Shown here one piece after another: positions 19,702 through 29,592 of a stretch of DNA of 64,000 bases. The notes under the pieces were generated by a model. That model was not told the origin of the DNA, ran no database searches, and saw nothing but the letters and a program-made list of their open reading frames with translations. The position numbers and the translations under genes were made by a program. Each line of letters opens with the position of its first letter. The stretch's first letter is position 1. The DNA is from an uncultured Spirochaetaceae bacterium (GTDB lineage Bacteria > Myxococcota_A > UBA9160 > UBA4427): NCBI GenBank assembly GCA_964435795.1, contig CAYTAT010000030.1:876-64875 (forward strand). Direction: 5' to 3'.

Positions 19702-21237
19702 TCAGTCCTGGGTTTCGGGCAGCACCCGGCCATCTTGCAGACGATGTTTCTGGACTTTTCCGAGCGCGTTGCGCGGCAATGCCTCGACGCGGTACACGAT
19801 TCGAGGATGCTTGAAGGCGGCCAGGTGATCGGCGAGGAAAGCCCTGAGTTCCTCCAGCGCACAGGCGGCTGCGTCTTCGCAGACCACGTAGGCATTGATC
19901 CGATCCCCCCACTCCTGCGAGGGAGTCCCCACGATGGCGGCATCTTCTATGGCGGGGTGCAGGCGCAGAGCTTCTTCCACCTCTCGAGGGTAGACGTTGT
20001 AGCCCCCGCTGATCAGCAATTCCCGGGCGCGGCCGTCAATACAGAGATAGCCGGCATCATCCAATCGGCCGAGATCGCCGGTTCGAAAGAAGCCGTCGGC
20101 CGTGAAGGCCTCGGCATTGGCCTCGGATCTCTCCCAATAGCCCGCGAAGACGTTGGGGCCGCGGACCTCGATTTCCGCCGGGTCGCCCGAGAGACGCATC
20201 TCGACGCCCGGCAGGGCCAGGCCCACGGTGCCGGGGCGGCGCTCTCCCTCGACGGGATTCGAGACCAACATGACCGTCTCCGTCATTCCGTAGCGCTCGA
20301 GGATCCGCTGGCCAGTCGCCTCTTCGAAGCGTTGATGGAGTGCGGCGGGTAGGGGAGCCGAACCCGAAACGCAGAGGCGCAGCGCCGACAACTCCGCGAC
20401 CCGGGGATGGTCGGCCAGGCGGTGATAGAGGGTTGGCACCGCAAAGAAGAGAGTCGCCCTCCAAGTCCGAATCGCGTCGAATACGGCCGTCGATTCGAAG
20501 CGGGGCAGCACCACCGCCGAGGCACCGGCGTGCAACGTGCCGTGGAGTCCGACCCCGAGACCGTGCATATGAAAGAGGGGCAGGCTGAGGAGCAGGCGGT
20601 CATCCCGCGACCAGCGCCAGGCGAGTCTCAGCGCCTCGGCGCTGGCCAGCAGGTTCCCATGGGAGAGGATGGCGCCCTTGGGTCGTCCCGTCGTGCCCGA
20701 GGTGTAGCCGAGCAGAGCCGGAGAGGTGGGCGCCGCGTCGTCGAGTTTCGGCGCTTCGGCAGCGGGCAGGGGGATATCGGGCGTCAGGATCAGGATCGAG
20801 GGGTCGGCTTCACGGATCCAGGCCGCGCGCTCCGGATCGTCTACGAGGGCTGCACGTGGCCTGGCGTCGCCCACCACGAAGCGGATCTCTCCCCTCCGGT
20901 AGGCGGTATTGGTCGGTACGACCACGAGGCCCAGACGCAGGCTCGCCACGTGGGCGATGATGAGTTCCGGGCTGGCCGACGCCGAGGCCAGCAGGCGGTC
21001 GCCGGGGCGCAGGCCCGCGGCGTGCAGGCGACCCGCCACCCGTCGGGAGGCCGCTTCCAACTCGCCATAGCTGAGTTCCGGACCGGGCTGGCCGCCGCCG
21101 GGGAAAATCGCACAGGGGCGCTCGGGTGCGCTCCGCCAGTGCTCGGCCCAGACCCTCACCGGCGAGCCCCGTCCCCCTGCGCTGGGATCGAAATCCGCAC
21201 CCACTTCGAGATGCCAATCCTGTTCGGCCTGGGTCAA
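19702..21237 (-). CDS. Acyl-CoA synthetase (malonyl-CoA synthetase/MatB-like)
   Basis: YTSGTTGRPKG, LPLFHMHGL, ILERYGMTET, FRTGDLG and LPRNALGKVQK motifs. Confidence 0.9.
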   Translation of the reverse strand: MTQAEQDWHLEVGADFDPSAGGRGSPVRVWAEHWRSAPERPCAIFPGGGQPGPELSYGELEAASRRVAGRLHAAGLRPGDRLLASASASPELIIAHVASLRLGLVVVPTNTAYRRGEIRFVVGDARPRAALVDDPERAAWIREADPSILILTPDIPLPAAEAPKLDDAAPTSPALLGYTSGTTGRPKGAILSHGNLLASAEALRLAWRWSRDDRLLLSLPLFHMHGLGVGLHGTLHAGASAVVLPRFESTAVFDAIRTWRATLFFAVPTLYHRLADHPRVAELSALRLCVSGSAPLPAALHQRFEEATGQRILERYGMTETVMLVSNPVEGERRPGTVGLALPGVEMRLSGDPAEIEVRGPNVFAGYWERSEANAEAFTADGFFRTGDLGRLDDAGYLCIDGRARELLISGGYNVYPREVEEALRLHPAIEDAAIVGTPSQEWGDRINAYVVCEDAAACALEELRAFLADHLAAFKHPRIVYRVEALPRNALGKVQKHRLQDGRVLPETQD

Positions 21238-21456
21238 GTGGCGCTGCTCCTGCCGGTCCGAGGTCGCTCGAGCGGCCGAGAATACACGGCCGGGCCGCGC
21301 GGCGCCGCGCGTGTCGCTCCGTAGAACGCTCCTAAGCCACTGCCATCACAGCAAATAAATCCCTGCAGATGGAGGGGATCCCAATCCGCGCCCGCCGCCT
21401 CCGAAGCGTTCGGGAAACCATTGCCCTCCGCGGCCGAGGGTGCTAAAAATATGAGA

Positions 21457-21490
21457 CCTAACGGCGTTATACAACTGAAACATCGTTAGG
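21457..21490. promoter_or_regulatory. Candidate tandem TetR operator
   Basis: CCTAACGGCGTTA...AAACATCGTTAGG: TAAC-N3-GTTA palindrome plus a degenerate copy in an AT-rich patch upstream of the TetR gene. Confidence 0.55.
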
Positions 21491-21562
21491 ATCCGCTCTA
21501 CGGCCATGGGCCGAGGGCAGGGCCGCTGGCTCTTCCAGCAAACTTTCCGACGAGCGAGTTCT

Positions 21563-22201
21563 ATGTCTCCTCCTATCCAGGCCGCAGAATTGCGGCGGCA
21601 GCAGAATCGAGCCGAGGTGCGTCGAACGATCATCGATGCCGTGGACCTCTTGTTGGAAGAGGCCGGTGCGGGTGGATTTTCGATACGCAGCCTGGTGGAT
21701 CGCTGTGGGTATTCGGCCCCGACGATCTATTACTATTTTGGGGATAAGCCCGCCTTGCTCGATGCTGTTCTGGAGCAGAAACTCCAGGATCTCGTCGATT
21801 CCCTGCGCCGGGCTCCCCGGGTCGACGAACCCGTGGCTGCGGCCCGCAGCCTGATCCTGATCTTCGCACGTTGGGGTCTCGCCAATCCGATTCACTACAA
21901 CCTCGCGACGCGGCTGCGGGAAGAGGACGACCAATCCCACGTGCCCTCGGCCCAGGTCGCCGCGGATCTGATGTCGATGCCCCTCGATCCGCTCGTGAAG
22001 AGCGGAGCCATCACGGAGCGGGATTTCGAGTGCATCCGGCAATCGATCTGGGCCTGCGTCCACGGCCTGATCTCGCTGCCCAGCGTGCGGCCGGATCTCG
22101 CGTGGAGGGAAAATCTGCTCGAAGTGAGCATCGACGTGATCCTGCGCGGCTGGTTCGCCGCGCCCGAGTTCTCACCCGCCGTCAGGGAGTTGCAAAGATG
22201 A
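21563..22201 (+). CDS. TetR/AcrR regulator with WHG-type C-terminal domain
   Basis: HTH FSIRSLVDRCGYSAPTIYYYFGDK; IWACVHGL motif; ATGA overlap with the next gene. Confidence 0.9.
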   Translation: MSPPIQAAELRRQQNRAEVRRTIIDAVDLLLEEAGAGGFSIRSLVDRCGYSAPTIYYYFGDKPALLDAVLEQKLQDLVDSLRRAPRVDEPVAAARSLILIFARWGLANPIHYNLATRLREEDDQSHVPSAQVAADLMSMPLDPLVKSGAITERDFECIRQSIWACVHGLISLPSVRPDLAWRENLLEVSIDVILRGWFAAPEFSPAVRELQR

Positions 22202-23409
22202 AGTGGCTGAAGACAGAGTGCCCCCCGGTGGGCCCAGGTGAGCACTTTCGGGTTTCGAGGCCGGGATGGTTGATGCTCTTCTGCATCGCGTGCAGTCTGG
22301 GATGGGTTTCGGGCTGCGGGGGAGAGGGGGCGGAGGCCCCGACGGCCGCCGAGATGATCCCGCCGGTGATGTTGGCCCGGGCGATTGTGCGCGACGTCCA
22401 GGAGCGGATCGATGCGACGGGTCAACTGCTCGCCCAGGCGGAGGCCACGGTGGCCGCCCAGGTTCCGGGTCAGATCACTTCGGTTCTGGTGGAGGAGGGG
22501 GATGCCGTTCTGCGGGGCCAGATCCTGCTCGAAATCGATCCCCAGTTGCGTCTGCTCGAGGCGCGCGACGCGGGTGCACGCCTCGCGGAGGCTCGGGCAC
22601 AGGTCTTGGAGAGTCAGCGGGATGTGGACAGGATGCGAAATCTCAACCGCCGCGACGCCGCTTCCCAGGCCCGCCTGGACGATACCGAGACCGCGCTGGT
22701 TCTGGCCCATTCGCGCGAGACGGCTGCCGAGGCTCGCCTGGGCCTGGCCGAGCGGGCCCTGGCCGACGCGACGGTTCGCGCTCCCCTCGCGGGCCTGGTG
22801 GCTCGACGCCATGCCAATGCCGGCGAGTTTCTCGGGGTGGGCATGCCCCTCTTCGAGATCGTCTCCCTGGATCCGATCGAAGTAGAATTCTCGCTCTCCG
22901 AAGTGGACTCCGGTCGTGTGCGTCTCGGACAGCGCGTTGAAATCGGTCTGGCTCCCTTCCCGGATGAAACCTTCCCGGCCATCGTGATCGTGATTTCGCC
23001 GACCATCGAAACGCGGACGCGCACGCTACGCGTCAAGGCGGAACTCCCGAATCCCGATCATCGGCTGCGACCGGGACTCTTCGCTCACGTCGAATTGGGT
23101 GTGGCTGAGCGCGCGGGCGTCGTCATGGTTCCCGAGGAGTCGATCCTACAGCGGGCGGATGGGAGCTTTCTCTATCGCCTGGTCGGTCGTGATCGAGTCC
23201 AGAAGTTGAAAGTGGAAACGGGACTTCTCCAGGAGAGTTGGCTCGAGATCCGAGAAGGCATTTCCGGGCAGGATATGGTGGTGGTTCGAGGACAGGGCGA
23301 ATTGGTGGATGGAGGAAAGGTGTCGATTCGAAAGCGCGATGGGCGTCCGGTCGATGAACCCCAGTTGGCGGCGCCGTCGCCGCCGAATGCACCGGGTACG
23401 GGCGGTTGA
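22198..23409 (+). CDS. RND efflux periplasmic adaptor (MFP)
   Basis: Possible lipobox VSGC; lipoyl-like VEEGDAVLRGQILLEID; TVRAPLAG; TRTLRVKA; LRPGLF. Confidence 0.9.
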   Translation: MKWLKTECPPVGPGEHFRVSRPGWLMLFCIACSLGWVSGCGGEGAEAPTAAEMIPPVMLARAIVRDVQERIDATGQLLAQAEATVAAQVPGQITSVLVEEGDAVLRGQILLEIDPQLRLLEARDAGARLAEARAQVLESQRDVDRMRNLNRRDAASQARLDDTETALVLAHSRETAAEARLGLAERALADATVRAPLAGLVARRHANAGEFLGVGMPLFEIVSLDPIEVEFSLSEVDSGRVRLGQRVEIGLAPFPDETFPAIVIVISPTIETRTRTLRVKAELPNPDHRLRPGLFAHVELGVAERAGVVMVPEESILQRADGSFLYRLVGRDRVQKLKVETGLLQESWLEIREGISGQDMVVVRGQGELVDGGKVSIRKRDGRPVDEPQLAAPSPPNAPGTGG

Positions 23410-26400
23410 CTCTTTCCGATCTTTCCATTGAGCGCCCGATCCTGACCTGGATGATGATCCTGGCCCTGGTCGTATTCGGAGTGCTCGGGTACAACCGGCT
23501 CGGGGTCGATCAATTCCCGAATCTGGAGTTCCCGGTCCTTTCGGTTACCTCCATACTGGACGGTGCAACGCCCGAGGGCATGGAAGAGGATGTGACCGAC
23601 GTCCTCGAAGAACACTTCAATACGATCGCGGGTGTGCGCAATGTTTCCTCCAGCAGTTTTCGCGGTGCGTCGGTCATCACCGTGGAATTCGAGTTGGGGA
23701 CGGATCTCGATATAGCGGCCCAGGAAGTTCGGGATAAGGTGGCCCGGGCCCGCTACGAATTGCCCGCCGAAGTCGAACCGCCGATGGTTTCGACTTTCAA
23801 TCCGAATGATCAACCCGTTCTCTGGATCCCCCTGAAAATCGATCTCGGCTCCACGGCCGCCATGGAGGTCGTCAAGAGGCAGATCAATCCGCGTCTGGAG
23901 ACGATCGAGGGCGTTGCGGGTGTGGCTCTTTTTGGCGGACTCGAGCGCAATATCCGCATCTGGCTCGATGGAGACGCCCTGCGCGCTCGGAAACTCTCGG
24001 CCCTGGACGTCTACCAGGCCCTGAAGAAAGAGCACGTCGAATTGCCGGCCGGCAATCTCGAGGGCGATCGGCTCGAGTACTTGGTCAAGACCCGGGCCGA
24101 ATTCGAGAATCTCGAAGAATTGAGGGGAATGGTCGTCGCCCAGGTGGCCGGAGTCCCCGTATTGCTTCGCGACGTGGCCCGGGTCGAGGATGGAGCCGAG
24201 GATCTCAAAGTAATTGCCCGCTACAACGCGGCAGAGACATTGGGGCTGGGAATTCGCAAGCAGTCGGGCGGCAATACCGTGGGCATCGTCGATGAAGTTC
24301 TCAGACGCATCGACCTCATGGCCGAGAGCCTGCCCGAGGGCGTCGAATTCGAGGATCCCGAGGGCTTCATCGATTTTTCGCGCGGCGTGCGTGAAGCGGT
24401 TTCGGAGACGCAATTCACGCTGATCGTGGGCGCTCTTCTGGCCATCCTGACGGTCTTCGTATTCCTGCGGCGCACGCGCCCCACCCTGATCGTCGCTCTC
24501 GCGATACCCGTCTCGCTGGTGAGCACTTTCGGTCTCGTCTGGCTCTTCGGTTTCACACTGAATACGATGACCCTGCTGGGGATGACCCTGGCCGTCGGAG
24601 TCGTCATCGACGATGCCATCGTGGTTCTGGAAAATATCGAGAGGCATCGGGAGCGGGGAGTGCCCGCATTCGAAGCGGCCAGAACGGGCACCCGGGAGAT
24701 CGCCTTCGCGGCAACATCGGCCACGGTTTCGGTGGCGGCAGTTTTTCTTCCCGTCGCCTTCGTCGAGGGTTTGATGGGGAGTTTCCTGGGCGAGTTTGGT
24801 CTCGTCGTGGCGGGCAGCGTGATGGTTTCGCTCTTTGTCGCGCTGACCGTGACTCCGATGCTGGCGGCGAGAATGCCCCCGCCGAAGCCGCGGGGTGCGG
24901 GCAGCATCTACGTGCGTCTGGAGCATGGCTTCGAAGGCCTGGAGGGAGTCTATCGCAAGCTTCTCGACTACAGCCTGCGGCATCGAACGCTCACCGCCGG
25001 ACTCACGCTGGCCTCCCTCGGTCTGGCGGTCTTCTTCGGCACACATTTAAAGACGGAGTTCTTTCCGCCCTCGGATGAGGGAATCTTCTTCAGCAATAGC
25101 GAAGCCCTGCCCGGCACGAATCTGCAGGCCACTCTCGATTACCTGAAGAAGGACGAGGCTTTCTTCCTGGAGCAGCCCGAGGTCGTCGGCATCTTTTCGG
25201 CCGCGGGCAGCGGCGGCGGATACGATCCCACCAGCCGCAGCAACCAGGCGATGATTTTCGGCACGTTGAAGAATAGTTCGGAACGGAATCGCAGCGTGAT
25301 CGATCTCGCCAGCGCCGCCCGAAGCGAATTGGGCAAGATTCCCGGTCGCAAGGTTCGAATTTTCAATCCCGGGGACTCGATGATGGGCCGGGGAGGGGCC
25401 TTCGGCGTCGATCTGCGCGGAAACCTCTCGCTTCAGGAACTCGATCGTATCTCTGATGAATTCATGGCGGAACTCTCCGGCATCCATGGAATCGTCGATA
25501 TCGACAAGAGTCTCAAACTCGGTCTGCCCGAAATTTCGGTGATTCCGGATCGGGAGAAGGCGGCGGCGATGGGAGTCGACTCCCGCTCGATCGCCCAGGC
25601 CATCCAGATGATGGTGGGGGGGATGGATGTCGGAGTATTCAAGGAAGACGGGCGGCGCTACGACATTCGGATGAGACTCGAAGCCGAGATGCGCAGCCAT
25701 CCCGACGCGATTTCTTCCCTCTACGTGAGAAATCGGGAAGGGGAGGCCGTCGCTCTCGGCAATCTTGTTCGCCTGGAAAAGGGTGCGGCGCCCTCGGAGA
25801 TCACGCGGAGTGATCGCCAGCGCAGCGTAGAAGTCAGCGCCAATCTTCAGGGCATTCGACTCGGTGAGGCGATCGAGGCCGCCCGGGAAGTGGCGGATCG
25901 CATTCTCCCTCCCGAGGTTCGCCTCGTCGTGACCGGTGAGGCGGAAGCGATGAAGGAGGGAAGGAAGCAATTTTCCCTGGCGATGATGCTCGGAATTCTC
26001 GTGATCTACATGGTATTGGCCGCCCAATTCGAGAGTCTCGTCCACCCATTGGTCGTGATGATCGCTCTCCCCCTCTCGATGATCGGCGCGCTTGGAGGTC
26101 TCTTCCTCTTTGGTCATAGCCTCAACATCTTCAGCATGATCGGCCTCATCCTGCTCTTCGGGCTGGTGACGAAGAATTCGATTCTCCTGGTCGACTACGC
26201 GAATCAATTGCGTCGCGAGGGAATGGAAAAGACGGAGGCCATGCGGACGGCCGCCCCGATTCGAATGCGCCCGGTTCTGATGACCGCGATCTCGATGATC
26301 TTCGGCGTTCTACCGGCGGCGTTGGGAATCGGACCGGGGTCGGAGACCCGCGCTCCGATGGCCGTCGCCACGGCCACGGGGATGTTTTCATCGACCTTGT

Positions 26401-26525
26401 TGACCCTGCTCGTCGTGCCGGTTTTCTACCTCCTGATGGACGATGCCGCGGAGTGGCTGAAGGGCATCTTCAGTCGGACCCTCGGGGGCGGATCCGCGGG
26501 CGAGGCAGCCTCGGCGCCGCGCTAG
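23406..26525 (+). CDS. RND efflux permease (AcrB/AcrD/AcrF family)
   Basis: 1039 aa; SIERP, AVGVVIDDAIVVLENI, VFLPVAF, LAAQFES, KNSILLVDYA, RMRPVLMT. Confidence 0.95.
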   Translation: MTLSDLSIERPILTWMMILALVVFGVLGYNRLGVDQFPNLEFPVLSVTSILDGATPEGMEEDVTDVLEEHFNTIAGVRNVSSSSFRGASVITVEFELGTDLDIAAQEVRDKVARARYELPAEVEPPMVSTFNPNDQPVLWIPLKIDLGSTAAMEVVKRQINPRLETIEGVAGVALFGGLERNIRIWLDGDALRARKLSALDVYQALKKEHVELPAGNLEGDRLEYLVKTRAEFENLEELRGMVVAQVAGVPVLLRDVARVEDGAEDLKVIARYNAAETLGLGIRKQSGGNTVGIVDEVLRRIDLMAESLPEGVEFEDPEGFIDFSRGVREAVSETQFTLIVGALLAILTVFVFLRRTRPTLIVALAIPVSLVSTFGLVWLFGFTLNTMTLLGMTLAVGVVIDDAIVVLENIERHRERGVPAFEAARTGTREIAFAATSATVSVAAVFLPVAFVEGLMGSFLGEFGLVVAGSVMVSLFVALTVTPMLAARMPPPKPRGAGSIYVRLEHGFEGLEGVYRKLLDYSLRHRTLTAGLTLASLGLAVFFGTHLKTEFFPPSDEGIFFSNSEALPGTNLQATLDYLKKDEAFFLEQPEVVGIFSAAGSGGGYDPTSRSNQAMIFGTLKNSSERNRSVIDLASAARSELGKIPGRKVRIFNPGDSMMGRGGAFGVDLRGNLSLQELDRISDEFMAELSGIHGIVDIDKSLKLGLPEISVIPDREKAAAMGVDSRSIAQAIQMMVGGMDVGVFKEDGRRYDIRMRLEAEMRSHPDAISSLYVRNREGEAVALGNLVRLEKGAAPSEITRSDRQRSVEVSANLQGIRLGEAIEAAREVADRILPPEVRLVVTGEAEAMKEGRKQFSLAMMLGILVIYMVLAAQFESLVHPLVVMIALPLSMIGALGGLFLFGHSLNIFSMIGLILLFGLVTKNSILLVDYANQLRREGMEKTEAMRTAAPIRMRPVLMTAISMIFGVLPAALGIGPGSETRAPMAVATATGMFSSTLLTLLVVPVFYLLMDDAAEWLKGIFSRTLGGGSAGEAASAPR

Positions 26526-26742
26526 GCGGGTTGTGCCGACTGGGGTAGAATCCTCGCCTCGGGCAACCCCGCTGCGTGGGAATGGTCTGGCATGATCGGC
26601 ATCGGAAGTGTCGCCGCGGGTGGGTCTATTCCTCGCAAGCCAATTTTCGGGGGGGTGGGGGGTTGCCTTCATTCCCAGCCTCCATGAGGGGGCGGCGAGG
26701 GAAAGGTCGGTGTCGGCCCCTCGGATCTGGAGGATCGGGAGC

Positions 26743-27582
26743 ATGGGGACGCGCTTTTGGATCAGAGAGTTCTTCGCCCCCACGCTGCTGCTGGTCGCCA
26801 TAGGAGCCCTTGCGTCCGCCTCGCTGGCTGCGGATCTGGACTCACCGCCGCGCTTTCTGTTGGCCGATCAGGCCTATATCGAGCGGGTCGATCCGGAGAA
26901 GGCGCTCTTCGCAATGGAGCGCTACCAGGAGATCTATCGTTCCGATCCCCAGGACTGGCAGGCGGCCTGGCGTTTTGCCACGGCTTGCTATTTCATCGGC
27001 GACCGCGTGGTGGTCGACAAGGGGGAGCGCGAGACGCTCTTTGCCCAGGGCCGTGACGCCGCCGAGAGCGCCGCGAAGATGGAGCCGGATTGCGCACCCT
27101 GTCATCTGCTGGCGGGGGTCAACATGGCCCTCTACGGAGAATCCGTCGGCATCCTGAAGATGCTCTTCACCCTGCGCCCGATCAGGGACTACCTGAAGAG
27201 AAGCCTTGAACTCGATCCGGCTTTCGAGGGAGGAGCGGCGGCCCGAATCCTTGGAACCATTGAACAGACCATTCCCTTTCTCCTGGGGGGGTCGAAGAAA
27301 CGCGCCCTGGCCTATTTCGAACGCGCCCTCGAAATCGATTCGCGGGAACCGCTGAATTATTTTTATTTCGCGAAATTCCTGGACCGGAAGGAGAAAGACC
27401 CTCGGGCGGCACTCGCGGTTGCCCTGCGCGGGCTCGAGGAGCCTCGACCCTCGGAAGAAAGGTTGGAATCCATGGAGGCCTGGGATCGGCTGAAGAACTG
27501 GATTCCCAGCCTGCGCGAGCGGGCTGAACGGAAGAAATCGAAGCGGCGATTTGGTTTCGGCCGCCGCGCCAAGAATCGTTGA
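26743..27582 (+). CDS. Exported TPR-like protein (TatT/TRAP-T-component-like)
   Basis: Signal peptide ending ASLA; helical repeats with ELDPAFEGGAAARILG...PFLLGGSKKRALAYFERALEID. Confidence 0.65.
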   Translation: MGTRFWIREFFAPTLLLVAIGALASASLAADLDSPPRFLLADQAYIERVDPEKALFAMERYQEIYRSDPQDWQAAWRFATACYFIGDRVVVDKGERETLFAQGRDAAESAAKMEPDCAPCHLLAGVNMALYGESVGILKMLFTLRPIRDYLKRSLELDPAFEGGAAARILGTIEQTIPFLLGGSKKRALAYFERALEIDSREPLNYFYFAKFLDRKEKDPRAALAVALRGLEEPRPSEERLESMEAWDRLKNWIPSLRERAERKKSKRRFGFGRRAKNR

Positions 27583-27638
27583 GGCCTGATCTCCCGAGAT
27601 TTCGATCCGGGTGGTGCGTCGCATGGGGGTGAGATGAT

Positions 27639-28247
27639 ATGGAGAAGCAGGAGCAGGAGCGCCTGGTCGAAGCCACGCAGTGGGCCCACCTCTGGCATCA
27701 ATCCCAATCGCGCAAGGGGACGAAGATCCCCTACGTGAGCCATTTGCTGCAGGTGCAGGGTCTCGTGCTGGAACACGGTGGAAATGCCGATCAAGCGATC
27801 GCGGCGCTGCTCCACGACGGCCTTGAGGATGCCCCGACTGCCGATGAGCGGGCCGTGCGCGAGCGGGAGATCGGCGAGCGATTTGGATCCGCGGTGTTGG
27901 AGATCGTAGGGGATTGCACGGATACCCTCGCGCATGAATTCCTCGATGAGAAGGGATGCTGGAAGGAGCGCAAGACTCGCTATATCGAAAGACTCGCCGG
28001 CGCCTCGCGGCGGACTCAGCTGGTCGCCGCTTGCGACAAGCGCCACAACCTGCATGCAATCGTCTGGGATGTGGAGATCCATGGCCCGGAAGTCTTCGAG
28101 CGTTTTACGGGAAGTCCCGATCAGCAGATCTGGTACTTCTCTTCCATCATCGAAAAGCTCGGAGACAGGATCCCCAGGCGACTGGCCCGGGAACTCGAGG
28201 AACTCCTGGCCCGCTTGAGGCATCTCGTCGATGCGCTGGATTCCTGA
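27639..28247 (+). CDS. Stand-alone HD-domain hydrolase (RelA/SpoT HD, Mesh1-like)
   Basis: HQSQSRKGTKIPYVSHL, AALLHDGLED, WKERK and CDKRHN motifs. Confidence 0.85.
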   Translation: MEKQEQERLVEATQWAHLWHQSQSRKGTKIPYVSHLLQVQGLVLEHGGNADQAIAALLHDGLEDAPTADERAVREREIGERFGSAVLEIVGDCTDTLAHEFLDEKGCWKERKTRYIERLAGASRRTQLVAACDKRHNLHAIVWDVEIHGPEVFERFTGSPDQQIWYFSSIIEKLGDRIPRRLARELEELLARLRHLVDALDS

Positions 28248-28295
28248 GAGCGCCGGGATTCCGGGCCGAGCATTTGCGCTCCCGATGGCGGGCCC

Positions 28296-29222
28296 GTGAC
28301 GGAACTCTGGATTCCGATCACCATTGCCGCGGCATTTCTGCAGAATGCGCGTTCCGCGCTGCAGAAATCCCTGAAGGAAAGGCTGAGCAATACCGGGGCG
28401 ACCTACGTGCGCTTCGCCTTCGGTTTTCCAATCGCGGCGGTCTATCTGGGGGCGCTGGCGCTCTATCTGGATGAACCGTTGCCCGTCCCCGATCCGGCTT
28501 TCTTCGCCTATGGGGGCCTGGGGGGACTGGCCCAGATCCTGGGGACGGCAACCCTGCTCCACGTTTTTTCCCTGCGGAGTTTTGCGGTGGGGACCGCCTA
28601 TTCGAAAACCGAGCCCGTTCAGACCGTGCTTTTCGGCATCCTGCTCCTGGGCGAGGGCGTCGCCCCGATTGCGGCCCTCGCAATCGGGGTGTCGGTGGCG
28701 GGGGTGATCCTATTGGGTTTCGCTCGTTCGCCGAGCCGAGGCGGAGACCTCTGGCGCATGTTCTTCGATCGGGGTGCCGGCCTGGGCCTGCTGTCGGGGA
28801 CGCTATTCGGCCTCGCCGCCGTCTGTTATCGAGCCGCTTCGCTCTCCCTGGACACGGGAGCCCTGGAGGGTGGGGGAGTGGAGTTCCTGAGGGCGGCCTT
28901 TACCCTGGCCGGGGTTCTCGGCTTCCAGGCGGTCGTCATGACCATCGATCTGGGGATACGGGATCCACCGGAATTGCGGCGTGTTCTCCAGGCGTGGCAA
29001 CCTTCGCTCCGGGTGGGAATTTGCGGGGCCTTCGCCTCCGTCTGCTGGTTCACGGCGATGACGTTCCAGAACGCAGCCCATGTGCGCGCCCTGGGTCAGG
29101 TCGAGTTGTTATTCGCCCTGGCCGCTTCCTGGCTCTTCTTTCGCGAGCGGATTCTGGGAATGGAGTTGCTCGGTATTCTGCTGCTACTCGCTGGCATTCT
29201 CGGGCTGGTACTGACCCTTTGA
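28296..29222 (+). CDS. DMT/EamA family transporter
   Basis: About ten hydrophobic helices; RSALQK, FAVGTAYSKTE, VRALGQVE. Confidence 0.85.
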   Translation: MTELWIPITIAAAFLQNARSALQKSLKERLSNTGATYVRFAFGFPIAAVYLGALALYLDEPLPVPDPAFFAYGGLGGLAQILGTATLLHVFSLRSFAVGTAYSKTEPVQTVLFGILLLGEGVAPIAALAIGVSVAGVILLGFARSPSRGGDLWRMFFDRGAGLGLLSGTLFGLAAVCYRAASLSLDTGALEGGGVEFLRAAFTLAGVLGFQAVVMTIDLGIRDPPELRRVLQAWQPSLRVGICGAFASVCWFTAMTFQNAAHVRALGQVELLFALAASWLFFRERILGMELLGILLLLAGILGLVLTL

Positions 29223-29592
29223 GCCCCGGCTGCGAAGTCCGTTCCGGTCGCCCGATGGCCGGGTCGCCGCGAATTTGCGGGGGCAGGCCTCTGGTCTCGG
29301 GGCGAGCGCGGGCCCCGAGCGTCGGCCCGGATCTGCCGCCCGAGTGGCTTCGGGCGATTCGCGTCGATTTTCTGGGAACCGATGGCATTCGGCCGCCCGA
29401 GTTCGGGGGGCCAGCGGATTTCCGGCCGAATCGTGCTGCTGGGGGATTGCCCCGGGTTACCGCCTGGGGGTGCTTCAATCTTGCGGTCGAGTTTGCTACG
29501 GAGTCATCGGGTCGGAAGGGGTCTCCGCCTGCAGAGGGGCATTCGGCCCCCGGAGAATGAATCCGATAGCGGATTCGAGAGAGGAGAGTGTC

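Noticed and set aside
26649-26662. G7-T-G6 tract upstream of the TPR gene as a phase-variation or G-quadruplex site
   Set aside because: Tracts are short, intergenic and unremarkable at this GC content.
29223-29592. 370-bp GC-rich intergenic region with several small hairpins as a possible ncRNA or riboswitch
   Set aside because: No recognisable riboswitch or RNA family consensus; an Rfam search would be needed.
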